Of a stretch of DNA of 64,000 bases, positions 30,147 to 49,886 are shown in pieces. The DNA is taken from assembly GCA_033442325.1 (NCBI GenBank), contig JAWQFM010000014.1, positions 1,630,721 to 1,694,720 on the forward strand, in the 5' to 3' direction. The notes under the pieces were generated by a model, which was not told the origin of the DNA, searched no databases, and saw only the letters and a list, made by a program, of their open reading frames with translations. Position numbers and translations under genes: made by a program. How positions within the stretch are numbered: the stretch's first letter is position 1; each line of letters begins with the position of its first letter. The DNA is from Salpingoeca rosetta. Taxonomy: Eukaryota; Protista; Choanoflagellata.

Positions 30147-33100
30147 CACACACACACACTCGCTCACTCACACACACTCACTCACTCGCTCACTCGCTCA
30201 CTCATTCACACACACTCGCTCACTCGCACACACACGCACACACACGCACACACACACGCACACCTGTTGTGGGAAGGGGAGGGAGGTGTCGAGCTCTGCT
30301 GGGTTGAGCATGGGCGGGTGGAGGCTGATGAGAAAGCCGACGTCGTGCTTGCGCAGCGATTCCCACTCCCTACGGATGTGTGATGCCATGTCCAGCGTCA
30401 CCGTCATGTCCGCCCGCACGGACGACGGGTGGTTGAAGCCAATGTGCGGCGCCGCAACCTCGACAACAGCAAAGTCCTGCACGGGCAGCGCCATGCGGGA
30501 CCAGCCGCCAAAGCTGACGATGCCCTGGGCATTGGTGTATGGCCTGAGGCGCGGCAGGTGGTCCTCCAGGTCCAGCCGGATCTCGTACAGGCTCTCCATG
30601 TTGAAGAGCTTCAGGTTGCGCAGGAGGTAGTCGAACAGCGTCAGGAACTGCAGGTTGAGCTTGGGCAGGGCAAGGCACTGGTTGCGGTAGAGGTCTGTTG
30701 GCACGAGGTTCTCGTCCCACAGGAGCTTCTCTGTCGGGAAGAGCGGCATCTCGTTGAGCTCGTCCAGCTGCGACTGCCGCCGCGTGAACCGCGAGCACAG
30801 CACCTCCGTCATCAGCTCGCGCGACATGTGCGCCGTGGACGTGCGGACGGTGGGGCCGCCCATGGCCTCCTCCTCTGCCGTCGTGCTCGTCGGCATGCCG
30901 ATGCACATGTGCGCACACAGCTCGCGAAGGCGGTCGTCGTCCAGCCGCTCAAGGTACTGCACCAGCGCCTGGTGTGTGAAGCGGGGAGGAAGAGGTGGTG
31001 GTGGTGGTGAGGCATGTGTGAAGAAGTGAGTGTCACGAAGGGTGGAGAGACAGGTAATACAACGTGTGGCACACACAATCGCGCGCGCATGCACAGACAC
31101 ACACAAACAAACAAGCACACAAAGAAATAAACACACACACGCGCGCGCATGCACACACACGCGCACACAAACACGCACACGCATGCACACCTGACGGGTG
31201 TTGATGCCGCTGACGTGACTGAAGGCAAAGTCCTGGAGCCGCTCGCGAAAGTGCTGGAAGGCGGCGCGCTGGAGGCGGTGCATCTCGTCGTAGTTGCGGG
31301 CCGTCATCATGTCGTCGGTCAGGGGCTCGCCCGTAAAGTCATCAATCTCAAAGCCAACATAGAACTCAAGCATCTCCGTCAGCTGGCGGAAGAGATGTCC
31401 GCGGTCCTGGAGGGAGAACAGCGCAGAGAGGCGGCACACAGACACCACGTTGCACGCCCGCACCACCGTGTTGAGGTAGCGCCGGGTCGTCAGCAGCGCC
31501 TGTGGGGGAATGGAGTGAAGGAGGGGGGTGGGGGAGTGGGATGTGTGAAGGGAGGGAGGGATGGGTCGTCGTCAACAAGTGGTTGTGCACGTGTGGTTGT
31601 GAGGGAAAAATGCAAACGCTTGCAAATGCATACGAACACACAAACACACAAACACACACACACACACCACACGCACACGCACACGCACAGACACAGACAC
31701 AGACACACACACACACACGTCACCACCACCAGCGCACCTCAATGTCGACGAGGAGCTCGAGAAAGCGCTCGCAAAATGCGATTGCATGGCGGTCGGGGGC
31801 GTCGGCGGTGATTGACTCCAGGGCAGCGAAGAAGCCCTTGATCAGGTCATACACAAACAGATGCTTCTGCAGCATCACCGTCTGTAGCGAGGGGGGCGGT
31901 GGTGGTGTGAGTGAGCAAGAGAATTCAGGATCGATGGACGCCAAAGGGCGATTCAAGAAAAGGTCTGACGCATTTGCATTTTGCTCGGGCACGCGCATAC
32001 GCATGTGTTGTACACAAAAATATGTGTGCGAACTCGCACACACATTCACACACATATCCACACACGCACTCACAAATTCACACATATCCACACGCACACG
32101 CGCACTCACACATACACACATACCTGTTCATCGTCGGGCATTTTCTTGAGGCGCTTTAAGAGCTTCTTCCAGCCCTTTGCGAGGCGCGGATGCTGCTCAA
32201 ACTGCTCCTGGCGCTGCTCCGGCAGCAGGGCGTGCCACGTGTTCAGGCTGATGTACGGCTGCAGAAACTCCCGCATCACCTCGTGCTCCTGCAGACCGCA
32301 ATGGATGCAGGAGAGGCAAGTGTGCATGTGGGCAAACAGAAGAGCAGTCAAGTGAGACGAAGGAACAAGGCAAACACGGAGATGGGCACGTGGAGGTGTG
32401 TAGGGCAGCCGCAAAGCAAACAGGGGGGAAATGGAGGGGAAGGGGAACGAGCAAAGGAGAGGGGAAAGTGACAGGAGGGGTGGGGCAAGGGACCAGAGGC
32501 GTACAAACAGAGACAGATTGAGATGTGCATACACACACTCACAAGCATATCACACACACACAAACACACGAAAGCAAACCATGCGACGCACCAGGCTTTG
32601 GAAGCAGCGAATGAGGAAGATGTTGAGATGCTTGCGTTCGAGGTACGACAGATCTTTGGGGTTGGCGCATGTGGTGAAGGCTGTCTCGAAGAAGGTGAGG
32701 AGCTGCTCCTTGTCTGCAGCGCAGAGCTCGACCCACGGGTCGTGGCCCTCGAGGAACTTCTCGTTGACCATGAGCACCATGCACATGAGGTGTTCATGGC
32801 CACAGTCGGCCGTGAACGTGGGCCACAGAAGGTTTTCCAGCAGCAAGGAGAACTCCAGCGCAGACACCTGCAGCGCACACGAGGATGGGAAGTTAGGTTG
32901 TATTTGATGCACACTGAGCACAGCATAGCGGTGGCGAAGAGACGCCTATGCGTGTGTGTGTGCGTGTGTTTGTGTGCGAGTTTATGTGTGGTTCGCGCAC
33001 ACACGCACAAACACACACACACACACACACACTCGTGTACACGCATATGCACACGCACACACACACACACTCGCTCACTCAACCACACACTCACACACGC

Positions 33101-33341
33101 ACACAACGCTCACAACACACGCACAGTGATCAGATCCCATTACCTTGTGTTGGGGAAAGCGCTTGGCGCGGAGCTCTGTGTAGAGCTGCTTCACGACCTC
33201 TGGCTTTGGCCCTGTCGCGATCTCTGGCCAGTGTTCACTGGCGAGCTTTGCGATGGCCTCTTCATCACGCTGCCGTGCGAGCGCAGCCTTGCTGGGCTGC
33301 CTTGCCGCTGCAGCGTCTGTCTCGTGGTGCTTGCGCTTCAT
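24707..33341 (-). CDS. AQR: RNA helicase Aquarius (IBP160), spliceosomal SF1 helicase with an extended acidic tail and terminal HeH/SAP-like domain
   Basis: [177 protein letters not shown]. Confidence 0.96.
29960..30035. repeat. Intronic 22-bp tandem repeat (gatggtgaagtgagggaatagg) x~3
   Basis: Direct repeat units seen in an AQR intron. Confidence 0.85.
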
Positions 33342-33442
33342 ATCCACCAGCTTCGAACGTACACGGGCGATGAAGAAAATTGTTCAAAATCATCCACAAA
33401 TCGCCAACGTCGTTCACTGGCTGTTTGTCTTGTGTGTGTGTG

Positions 33443-33594
<152 letters not shown>

Positions 33595-33845
33595 CCTTCT
33601 GTGTTTGGCTCCAACACAGACACATGCACGCATGTACGCGTGCACGCGTGTTCTGCTAAGCAATGCTTCGCGCGCCATCAACTTAGAACCCGGCCTGTTC
33701 ATTCATTCATCATTGTTCACAAAGGACACCCACACTTGCTTGCAACCATCAATTAAAGCACACGACTCAGGACGCCAACAAACAAAACACCACAAGCAGT
33801 CATCGCATCCCCTCACACCTTCCATCGCACACAACACGACGCAGT

Positions 33846-36055
33846 TCACTTCTTGAGCGCGCGTGTCCACTCCTGCTCCATGGCCGAGAGCTTGGCGTAC
33901 ACGTGCTTAAGGGTGGCCAGCTTGGGCACACCACGCTTCAGCGACGCGTGGATCTGCTTCTTCTGCTTCAGCTTCTTGTTGGGCAGGTGCGGTGGGTGCT
34001 GCTGTTGCGGTTGTTGTTGGTCTTGCTGATCAGTATGTTGCGTGGTATTTGAGGCGCTGCTTGGTGCATGGCCTCCATTGACGTGCTCTGCCTCCGTCCT
34101 GGGGCCATCGCCTGCGTCACCCCCATCACCACCAACACCACCATCATCATCGTCGTCGGCTGTGGCATAGATGCTGTAGTCGACCTCGTGCGCCTCGCAG
34201 TTCTGCAGCAGCATGGCTGGCAGCGTGCCTGTGATGGCCGTCTCCCTGTCCAGCCACCGCATCTCCTGGTCTGTCAGCAGCACCAGGTTGTATGGCTGCG
34301 CGGGCTTGCTCCGGTCGAACCGCGTGAAGGTGATGTTGCGCGTGGTTGCTCGGTCGCGCTGGAACGCAAACGCCGAGCGCATGCGCCACACCTCCTCCAG
34401 CAGGAACGTGCAGTCAATCTCGTCCGAGACCGGCAGCGCGTCGTCGTCCTTGCCGTTGTTGCCAAACTCCTTCACTTCGTGCCGCACCAGCCTGTTGTGC
34501 GTCTTGTGTGCAAACGTGTGCGACACCATCTCGATCTTGCGCGGGCTGAACGGCTTCCCCGCCAGCTCGCACAGCACATACGACGCCGCGCCAACACCAA
34601 CCAGCGCGGGCATTGTGCCGAGGACAGGCAGGATGCGGATGCGGAAGTTTGGAACGGCGCCGTATGCGTCTGGAGCGTCCATCTGCTCCGGGGTGAGGTC
34701 GGCGAGCTTGGCGGCGGGCTCCTCAGAGGTGTAGATCACCCGGATATGCTCCACGGCAGCACGGAACGCGCGCGCATCTTCAGAGCGAAAATGGAGTTGT
34801 GAAGTATTGGTGAGCGGAGTGGTTGTTGGGAAGGGGGACAGGGATTGTGTGAGGGCGATTGCACTTGGACAACGCACGTAGACATGGAAATGCGCAAACA
34901 GATGGACGTGCGCACATCGACATGGAGCGCGAACAGATGGACGTGCGCACGTAGACATGGAGCGCGAACAGATGGACGTACGCACGTAGACATGGAGCGC
35001 GAACAGATGGACGTACGCACGTAGACATGGAAATGCGCAAACAGACACATGCACACACGCGCGCACGCACACACACACACAGACACACACACAAAAACAC
35101 ACACAGACACACAGACACACACACATGCACACTCACACACATGCACACATGCACACATGCACACATGCACACATGCGCATGTACGCGCAAACGTACTATC
35201 TTCGTCGGATGCGGCCTTGTTGACGACGCGAGACCGAAGTGCCCAGCGGAGCTTGGCGGCGAGCGGATCGCGGCTCGGGTCTGTAATGTCGCCGATGAGG
35301 AGGCGGGTGGGGTCTGACTTTGCGCCAGCACTGAGTGCGCTGAGCACGGTCAGGCCAAGGCGGGAGCAGGCAAGCAGCAGATCAACCTTGGTGTTGACAT
35401 CGTCGATGGCGTCCACAACAAAGCAGGGCCTGCCGCTCAACAGCTCGTCCGCCACGTCGGCGGTGAACATCTCCACGCGAGGGTCCACCTCGCAAGTGGG
35501 CACAATGTCCGCAAAGTGCTCGGCGCAGGCGACGACCTTGGGGCGGCCGACATCGTCGCGCGTGGCGACCGCGTGCCGGTTCAGGGAGGACAGGGTTACG
35601 TTGTCAAAGTCCACCAGACGCAGGCGGCCGACGCCGGCACGCGCCAGCATGTGTGCTGCGTGGCTGCCGACACCGCCGAGCCCCACGACGACGATGAAGC
35701 TCTGCTCCAGCTTCTGCTGGTTCTCGTCGCCGAAGAACATGCGGTTCCGGCTGAACTGCTCTGCCACAACGGCCGGATCGTCTGGCTTTTCTGCGCGGTG
35801 CGCGTGGCGTCCCACAGACACGTGCTCACCAGCCCCCGTCGTGCGTGCAGGCTCCACAAACTGCGGCTCGTCCAACTGCGATGCTGCGGGTTTGGATGTT
35901 GCGGCTGTTGCGGCTGTCGCTGGCGATGCAGCAACGTTTGTTGCTGTGCTGCTGCCACCAGACAGGAACCGGGATGCGAGGGCGAGCGCAGCGCCGCCAG
36001 CCACCGTCCCTGCTGCGAACCACAACAGCGCCTGTCGCTGCTCGCGATCAGCCAT
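33846..36055 (-). CDS. tRNA threonylcarbamoyladenosine dehydratase (TcdA/CsdL, yeast TCD1/TCD2-like), ThiF/E1-like
   Basis: N-terminal hydrophobic anchor (LLWFAAGTVAGGAALALA), EQFSRNRMFFG, VVVGLGGVGSHAAHMLARAGVG, VDFDNVTLSSLNRHAVAT, DAIDD, GAKSDPTR, PNFRIRILPVLGTMPALVG, C-terminal NLVLLT. Two exons (36055-~35198 and ~34779-33846). Confidence 0.9.
34875..35045. repeat. Intronic ~35-bp minisatellite x~5
   Basis: Unit gcacgtagacatggagcgcgaacagatggacgtac repeated inside the TCD intron. Confidence 0.9.
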
Positions 36056-36250
36056 CTTGTGCAGCAGTTGTTACACGGTGTCGAGTGAGCGGATGGATGG
36101 ATGGATGGATGGATGGATGGATGGGGGGAAGATGCGCCACACGTGTTTTGTTTGTCTTTTTGTAAACTGCCGAGTCAGCACTTTCCCACTGCCAGAAGAA
36201 GACGACGAAGACGAAGACGCACCCATCCATACCAATCCTTCAGCAGCATC

Positions 36251-38923
<2,673 letters not shown>

Positions 38924-39210
38924 TGTGATGTGACAGAGCACAGCGCCGTGCTGCTGCGTTGTCTCAAGTCATTGCACACGCGCGCCAACAAGTGAGCAAA
39001 CTGCTGAGGAACACACAACTCATCAACAGCAAGGAGGAGGAAGCACATTCCGTTTGCCCTCTCCTTGAACGGTTCACGACAGCACATAAACAGGTTTTCC
39101 AGAAGCGCAGCCGTTCGCGCATTTTCGAGAACGATGATGATGACGATGCTGAAGAGAAAAGACAAAACCAAAACAAAAGCCACGTGTTTGCAGTGTGATG
39201 ATGGCGGCTC

Positions 39211-39279
<69 letters not shown>

Positions 39280-39478
39280 GTGTGTGTGATGAGAGGGGTG
39301 GGCAACGGTGGTGTGCTCTTGCTTTTCCATCGATGCTTTCCACCACCAGGCATGCGCGTCGCAAAAGGCTTCATTTTCTCCTGGCACACAGCATCGCCCC
39401 CCAGCAACCAGCTTGCTGTTGCTCAACTGTGACAACGCGCGCGCAGCGTGCTAGCGTTGCATCTGGAGAAGGCTCATC

Positions 39479-42737
<3,259 letters not shown>

Positions 42738-43439
42738 TCACAACGATGATTGATAATGTGTCGACGTGTCATGCATGTCATGTCTTCTTCTTGAACCACG
42801 AACCAGCACCACCTTTCTGACCTTCTTCTGCATACGTACCTTTGTCTGTCGTGTCGCCGTTAGTACAATGTAAACATCATGAAATGTAGCGAATGCTCAA
42901 ACCAAAAAAGGCACGCAGCCAACCAACAACCAAAAGCAACACACCCCACCCACTCCTGCTTTCATCCCATCATCACACATCACACATCCCCTTATCTCCC
43001 TCTCCTCACTCCCTCTCTCTTGCTTGTCTTCGTCGGCAAGAGCAGCGGTGGCAACGCACACACGCGGGCGATCCAAGGCGCTGACACACACCCACACACA
43101 CACACACAGCATCAGATCACATCACACACGGCCAACACACTCGCGCGTGCAACTGCCAAACATTACGGCGTCCCAGCTTTTTTTGTGGGTTGTGCTTGAT
43201 CTCCAACACTCAAACACACACACACACACACACACCCGACGCACGCAGACGCAAACACACGAGCCAGCCAGCAGCTGCCAATCAATCAGCCCTTGCTTGC
43301 CACTTGATTGTTCTGAGGCGGCTCGCGCATTTACATTCAGCACGCAGCTCGTGTACCGTCACAGCGCCTGCCTTCACCTCCTGCTTGTCTGCGTGACTGC
43401 TGAGAGGACTCACAGCACTGTCGCTGCACATACGCACGT

Positions 43440-43526
43440 ATGATGGGTATGTGGGGCAGCAGCCGTGCCATCAAGTTTGAGGCACGGGTCTGCATTCGAG
43501 CATTACACGCCCTCCCCTACCACAAC

Positions 43527-43577
<51 letters not shown>

Positions 43578-43799
43578 CTGCCTCTCTCCTGCTTCTCTCG
43601 CTCTCAGCGTCTTTGTGTGTGCAGCGCCAGTCAACCAAGCGCCTGGGTTGTGGAGGCATCAAGTGATCGCCTTTTAACAACTGCCCTCACGCGCTCTCGT
43701 TGCCCCCTTTTCTTGTGCTCCCGTTGCCGTGTCGCCGCTGCAGCCGTGGTATTCTGCAGGGTAAAACACAAGGGCACTCCGTACTTGACATCGAGGTGT

Positions 43800-43843
<44 letters not shown>

Positions 43844-44196
43844 TAACTGCGGGTCGCTACACTGCGCTGACCCGCGTCTGCTTGACGTTGGCCCTGCACG
43901 CGTCAACCCACTCGTCGCTACGCTGCCTCCTCTCCTTTTGCCTGCTCTCGTGTTGTTGTTCGTTCTCCGCAGCCCCCCCCCCCGCCTTGTCTTTGTCCCC
44001 ACTCACTTCTGTGCTTGTGTTCGGGGTTCACCAGAGCATCTGCGAGGTTCAACATGGTGAGGTGGGATGAGACTATATCGTTCCCGGTCAAGACCAAGGT
44101 CAAGAAGAGCGGTACCGTTGCCCGAGACGACGTCACCATAACCGTCTTTCGCGAGGCAAAAGGCGGGCGAAACTCCAAACAGGTGCGTCTGTGCGT

Positions 44197-44278
<82 letters not shown>

Positions 44279-44705
44279 TCACTGATGACGACATACACGT
44301 CTTCGCAACCCCCCTCCCTTCTTTCCTGCTGATCCACTGCAGACGGCAGCTCGTCGTCATCCCGGCCCGTCTCAGAACGTAAGAAACAGCCATCATCATC
44401 ATCATTATTTGACATGCAATGCATGCACTGCATCACTTGAATTGCCGCCTGTGGTGCCTCGTGTGTGCCAGCAATCGCACGTCGTCGTGTTGTCCTCAAT
44501 TCGTCTCTTGCTGCCCTTCGCGTTTCCCCATGCTCAACTGTCTCACCTCGTCACCACGCTGCCCTCAACAAATGATCTGTTCCTGCCATCCCTGTCATCA
44601 TCGCCATCACTGCCAGTGGGCGACCCAAGCGACGACCTGTCAGCGCTATTCGCCACCACCGCCGCCACCCCGCTCTCCCAGCAGGAGCACGCCATGAACT
44701 CGTGA
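43440..44705 (+). CDS. NT-C2 domain protein (EEIG1/FAM102-like); internal exons apparently missing
   Basis: KFEARVCIRALHALPYHN-AVVFCRVKHK...VRWDETISFPVK...ITVFREAKGG resembles the FAM102/EEIG1 NT-C2. The domain stops before its last strands, and exon phase breaks after the (GT)n at 44200-44275. Confidence 0.7.
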
Positions 44706-45322
44706 TGTTTGCCGTCGCTACTGTTGAGCACTGAGGATTTGGGGGAAGAGATCAGGTGGGCGGGGGCAGGAGGATGACATATCATCAGTGCGTGACGCTG
44801 GTATTGGTCTCTTCTGTGGAGTGAGGCTGTGGAGTTGAGGATGTGGAGACAATTTTCTTTCTATGCACGTGTTAACTTGCCCCTTGCTAATGTTCTACTC
44901 GTTTCTATTTGAAGACCAAATGTTCATAACTGCTGCTGTTGATGCTGTTGATGATGCGATGGGTGCTGTTGCGATTGGTGTTGGTGGCTGGACTCGCAAA
45001 CGTAGTCTCAATCGAATACATCTAAGCGAACCAGACATCAGTGGTGCATGTGTGTGTGTGTTTGTGTGTGACCTCAGCCGCAGTTGGTCGCGCTTGCGCG
45101 TGTTGGAGGTTTCAATGTGGACTGGACAGAAGATCACAAACGTCAAATGCAGCCAGACACGGAACCAACGCCCAACGCAGGCGGAATGCCTGAGCGATGG
45201 CACGGCCATGAGATACATATCCCCACAGAAGAACAGAAGGAGAGATGATGTGTTGCAAGTCAAACAAATAACAAGACCTTTTGTAGGGCAGTTGACGCGT
45301 CACATTGGTAGGGCACGTGGCG

Positions 45323-48300
45323 TTAGGAGGCGGAGTTGCCGTGCTTCTTCTTGGCCAGACGCAGAAGCTTGATTGCCTTTCCTACCTTGACGCCGGCCTC
45401 GATGAGCATCTGCTTGGTTAGGTCGCCGTCAGTCGCTGCCTCTACCAAGTCCTCCAGCGTATCGATGCCGTGCTCTACCAGGGCGGACTCGACGTGCGGC
45501 AGCAGCGAGTGGCGGTTGAGCCATTGAATCAACTCGGGCTCAAATGAGCTTGAGGACGAGGGAGACAACGGGGTGGCAGTTGGTGGTGTAACAGGGGTGA
45601 TAGCGGTGGAGATCGAGGACGAAGATGACTGCACGGCAGACAAGTTAGAGGGGTGGAGTGAGACACAGCACGCGTGCCAAGTGGAAGGCGTGGGTCATGG
45701 GTGCATGGGTGCATGTGTGCACGAACACACACACACACACATGCACAAAAAACTATACCTGCGAGGAACTAGATGCAGTTGTTGGTCCCTGCGCTGCTTG
45801 CTGCTTGCTCCTGGCAGAGACGACGACCTGGCGCACCTTCTCCGCAATGTCGCGCAGCTGCGACGTGCGGTCCACAGTGGCATCCATCGCAACCACGGCG
45901 TCAATGTCAAACAGCGATAGCACCACTTCACGCACGCTTTTGTGCTGCTGGGGTGGTGGCAGGTGCAGTACCTGTGATAAGAACTGGTCGAGCTCTGCCG
46001 CCGTGTTCTTGCTCACAACATCCGGCAACTTCGTTGCCAGCCGCTTCAGGCGGTCAAACGAGTCGTACTCGCTCACTTCCGCCGCGCTCATAACATGGTG
46101 GTTGCTGTCGTGCCAGCCACTGCCAACGAAGAGCGGGACGATGCGGCGAAGGCGGATGTTGTCTGGATGCTGGCGAGCAAGCTGCTGCAGCTCCAGCATG
46201 GCCATCCACTCCAACAGCACGTTATCGCACGTGTCAGTGTGGCCGAGCGAGCGCATCTGATGGATGGCACCGACGGAGACGACGGGGCAGGCGACAGTAC
46301 TGTTGTGCAGGGCTGTCATGCACGCGTGCTTGAAGTTGACGCCTGTCTCCAAGTTGTTGGCGTCCACAAAGGTCACCAGTCCGTGCTGGTCCAACTTAGG
46401 GTACAATGTCATCACCAGGCCTCGGTTGCCGCGTTGCCTGTGACGTGGTGGTGAATATCGAAATGAGAAAGGAAGAGAGGGGCAAGGAAAGACACACAGT
46501 TCGCACCGTACACACATACACACACACACACACAAGTCTCACCGGTAGCTGATGAAGGCATCGTATTTGTCCTGCTGACCCATAACTGGCAAGAGTGGAC
46601 CATACTTGGCGACCAGATCCCCTGGTGACAGCAGGTGTGAGCGGCCAACGCGAAGCGCTTTCTTGTTCATGTGGTGGGTGTGCACGTCCTCGAAGAACAG
46701 CAGTCTCGTGTCATTCAATGGCAGCAGCAAGGTGGCCTTGAGCTCGGGGTAGCGCTGCGTGACAGCTGTTGTGATGGTGTCGTGCAGCATGTGCAGCAGT
46801 GTGCGAGGACGTGCAGTCATGATCTTGATCTTGATGCCACCAACAGCCGGCACGAGCTGCATCTCGATCTCAGCAGCATCCATGAAGATCACGGCGTCTG
46901 TGCGGCTCAACATGGGCGGTTCCGTTGCACCGTGCTGCATGTGTGCCATCACGCATGCCAGCACCATCGGGAACAGGCCCTCTGGCAGGAAAGAGGCTTG
47001 CTGCGTGTCTGCAATCTTGACGCTCACACCGCTCTTGAGCTCCCTCAGGCTGAAGGCGACATACGCGGTCTTTTCTTCATATCCAACATATGGATTGGCC
47101 TGCTGTGCTGCTGCCGTGCTCAGCGTGACCGACGAGGACGCCTGTTCATCCTCCAGCGTCATCGGCAGGATGGCTGGGACGAGGTACTGTTGGTGGTGGT
47201 GGTGTTGCTGTTGAGGGCTGGACAGCAGCACCATTGGCGCCGTGTACTGGATACACAACCCGTACTCCATCATGAGTTGGAGAAAGGGCTCAACCATGCC
47301 ACCTTCCAAGTCCCTCCACAGCACATCAAGTAGACGGCGGTGCAGGATGCCGCAGTCAACCAGGTCATCCCACAGCTGCGCGCCAATGGCCCTTGCCTCG
47401 CCATCACGCACGTCGTGGTGCAGGTCAAAGTTACGGATGACGCGGGTCATTGTGTCCACCGCCCACGGCGGACTCAGGATCACATAGTCTTCCATGCCTG
47501 GCACACTGTCGTAGTACAGCACCATGGAGTACAAGTGCAGGAACTGAAGGCAGGCTCTCGTCTCCTGACGTGTACGCAGCCCACATGTGCGTGCAATATC
47601 CACGACCTCGTCAAACGTGAGCAGTGGTCGCTTCTCGTTGCGGGCAATGGCGTTGAGCTTGTCGTAGAGGTGGAGGTACGGCACAGCCACCTCCTGGCTC
47701 ACGTACTCCTGCGCCAGTGCTGTGGAGGAGATGGTTTGGCGCAGGTCCTGGATCATGGGATCATGGATGGACTGGGTGTTGTCGACGGGCCAGAACCACA
47801 GACCATGCTTTTCGTTGTGGATGACGCCAGGGAAAGCGGGGTTGTGGCGCAGGCGGCTGTAGATGCCACGCGAGATGTTCTCGTGCTGTTTCCGCTGACT
47901 AACCACATCAGCGAAGGTGCCGACGATGAGGACGGGTGCGCCCTTGGCGTGGAGGTGGAGGGAGGAGAGCCAGTGCTCCATAAACTCCCACGATTCAGCC
48001 CGCTTGCTCTTGTCTTGGTGCAGCAGATCCTCCATTGAGAACACCAGCAGGTACACCGCGTACCTGGTGGGTGGGATGCGGGTGTATGGAAGGAAGGTGT
48101 GGGTGGGTGAGTCGGGTGAGGAGGGGCTGGGAGGAGTGGAAGTGGGGTGAAGGGAAACATGCAAGCATACTGACGCACACACACACACAGTGACTCACTT
48201 GGTGAGGAAGAAAGGGTGGAAGATGTAGAAGGTAGACTGGCCGCCCAGGTCAAAGATCTTGAACGTGACCCGCGCTTTGCCCTCGCCCATGACCGCGTCC

Positions 48301-48754
48301 ACGTTGAACTCCTTGATGGCTTTCTCCATTTCCTCCGTCGACATGCCGGTCGTGGCGGTGGCGGTGGCGGTGTTATCACGGGCAGCAGCATCACTTTGGC
48401 TCGAAGGGTTCAGGGTGGCATGCTTCTTGGATGCAGATGCTGAGTCATGAGATGCCTTGGTGGGTTTGGGGACAGTCGATGGCGACGTGTGTGAGGATGG
48501 ACGTGGCCGCGTCTCCTTTGCATTCTGTAACTGCTTCTGCTTCAGCTTGGCAGCCGCTGCCTTCTGTGCCTTATCAGATTCCTGCTGTCGCTGCTGCTGT
48601 TGGTGTTGGGCGATGCGGCTCTCCATGTCCTCTTTCGCCTTCATCATCGCCTGCTTCATTTGTAAGTCCACGCCGGATTCCTGCGCCAGCGCCGTGCCGC
48701 AGAGGCTGCGCATCAGCTCCGAGATCTCCGCATCCAGCTCCTGCAAAGGTTGTG

Positions 48755-48850
<96 letters not shown>

Positions 48851-49841
48851 TGAGGGGATGATCGTGTCAACCACCACCTCTTTTCACACCCAGGCGTCGC
48901 ACACATCACATGCTCGCACCAGACAAGGGTACACACCTGCCAGTCGTGAACGTCCATGGACTCGACGATAACGGCGAGGTCAGTTGTGGCGGCGCCATGC
49001 GTGGAGTGCTCGTGTTTGTTGAACATGTGACCCATGAGCGAGTGGAACGTGGAAGTCTTGCCGGCGCGCCCCTGACCGATGAAGATGAGCTTGGCCCTGC
49101 CCGCCATAGTCGCGTTGAAGCGCGCAATGATCTCTCGCATGCGCTGCTGGAGACGCTCCCTGCGCGCCTGCTCGGGCTGCTGCTGCTGGTGGCGGTGGTG
49201 ACGGTTGTGTGAGACATCATGATTATGCTTGATACGAGACCACGGAGAGCGTGATGAAGGAATGGCATGGGTGACGTGATGCATTTGCTTGTGCGTCGCT
49301 GGCAAGCACTTGTCAAATCACTCACGTCTTGCGCTGCTTGTTCTTCTTGCTTCGGTCCGGCGGCAGGAGTGGGCGCAGGTGGCTCTTGTTTTGGCTGCTG
49401 TTGCTGTTGTGGTTGCTCCGAAGGCTTGCCGCCTGGCTTCAGCCCTTGGATGCTGGTGATGGCAGTATGACCGCTGGCTTGTGCCACATCATAGGGCGTC
49501 TCTCCCTGCGTGTGTTGAAAAGGTAAAACGCATGAGTTGAGGAAGGAGGGAAGCAGGGAGAGGGGAAGGACACAGCGCAAAGCAAAGAAGCAGTTGTGTC
49601 ACGTCTTCAGAAACAGCAACACGACGCGAAGCACACCTTCTTGTTCTTGACGGCAGTGTCTGCGCCCTTCTTCAGGAGTAGCTCCACGACGGCGGGCTGG
49701 TTGTGCCTGCAGGCAACGTGCAGTGGCGTGTCGCCCTGTGGATGGGTGGGGGCAGCAAGGGGCATGGCATGTGTGGTGAGGATCTGTTTGAAACGAACAC
49801 ACGGCCGGTGCAACCATGAGCGAGCGCCGTCACACACAAGC

Positions 49842-49886
<45 letters not shown>

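Noticed and set aside
34875-35045. 35-bp repeats resembling a CRISPR array
   Set aside because: Head-to-tail units with no unique spacers, inside a eukaryotic intron, with no cas genes.
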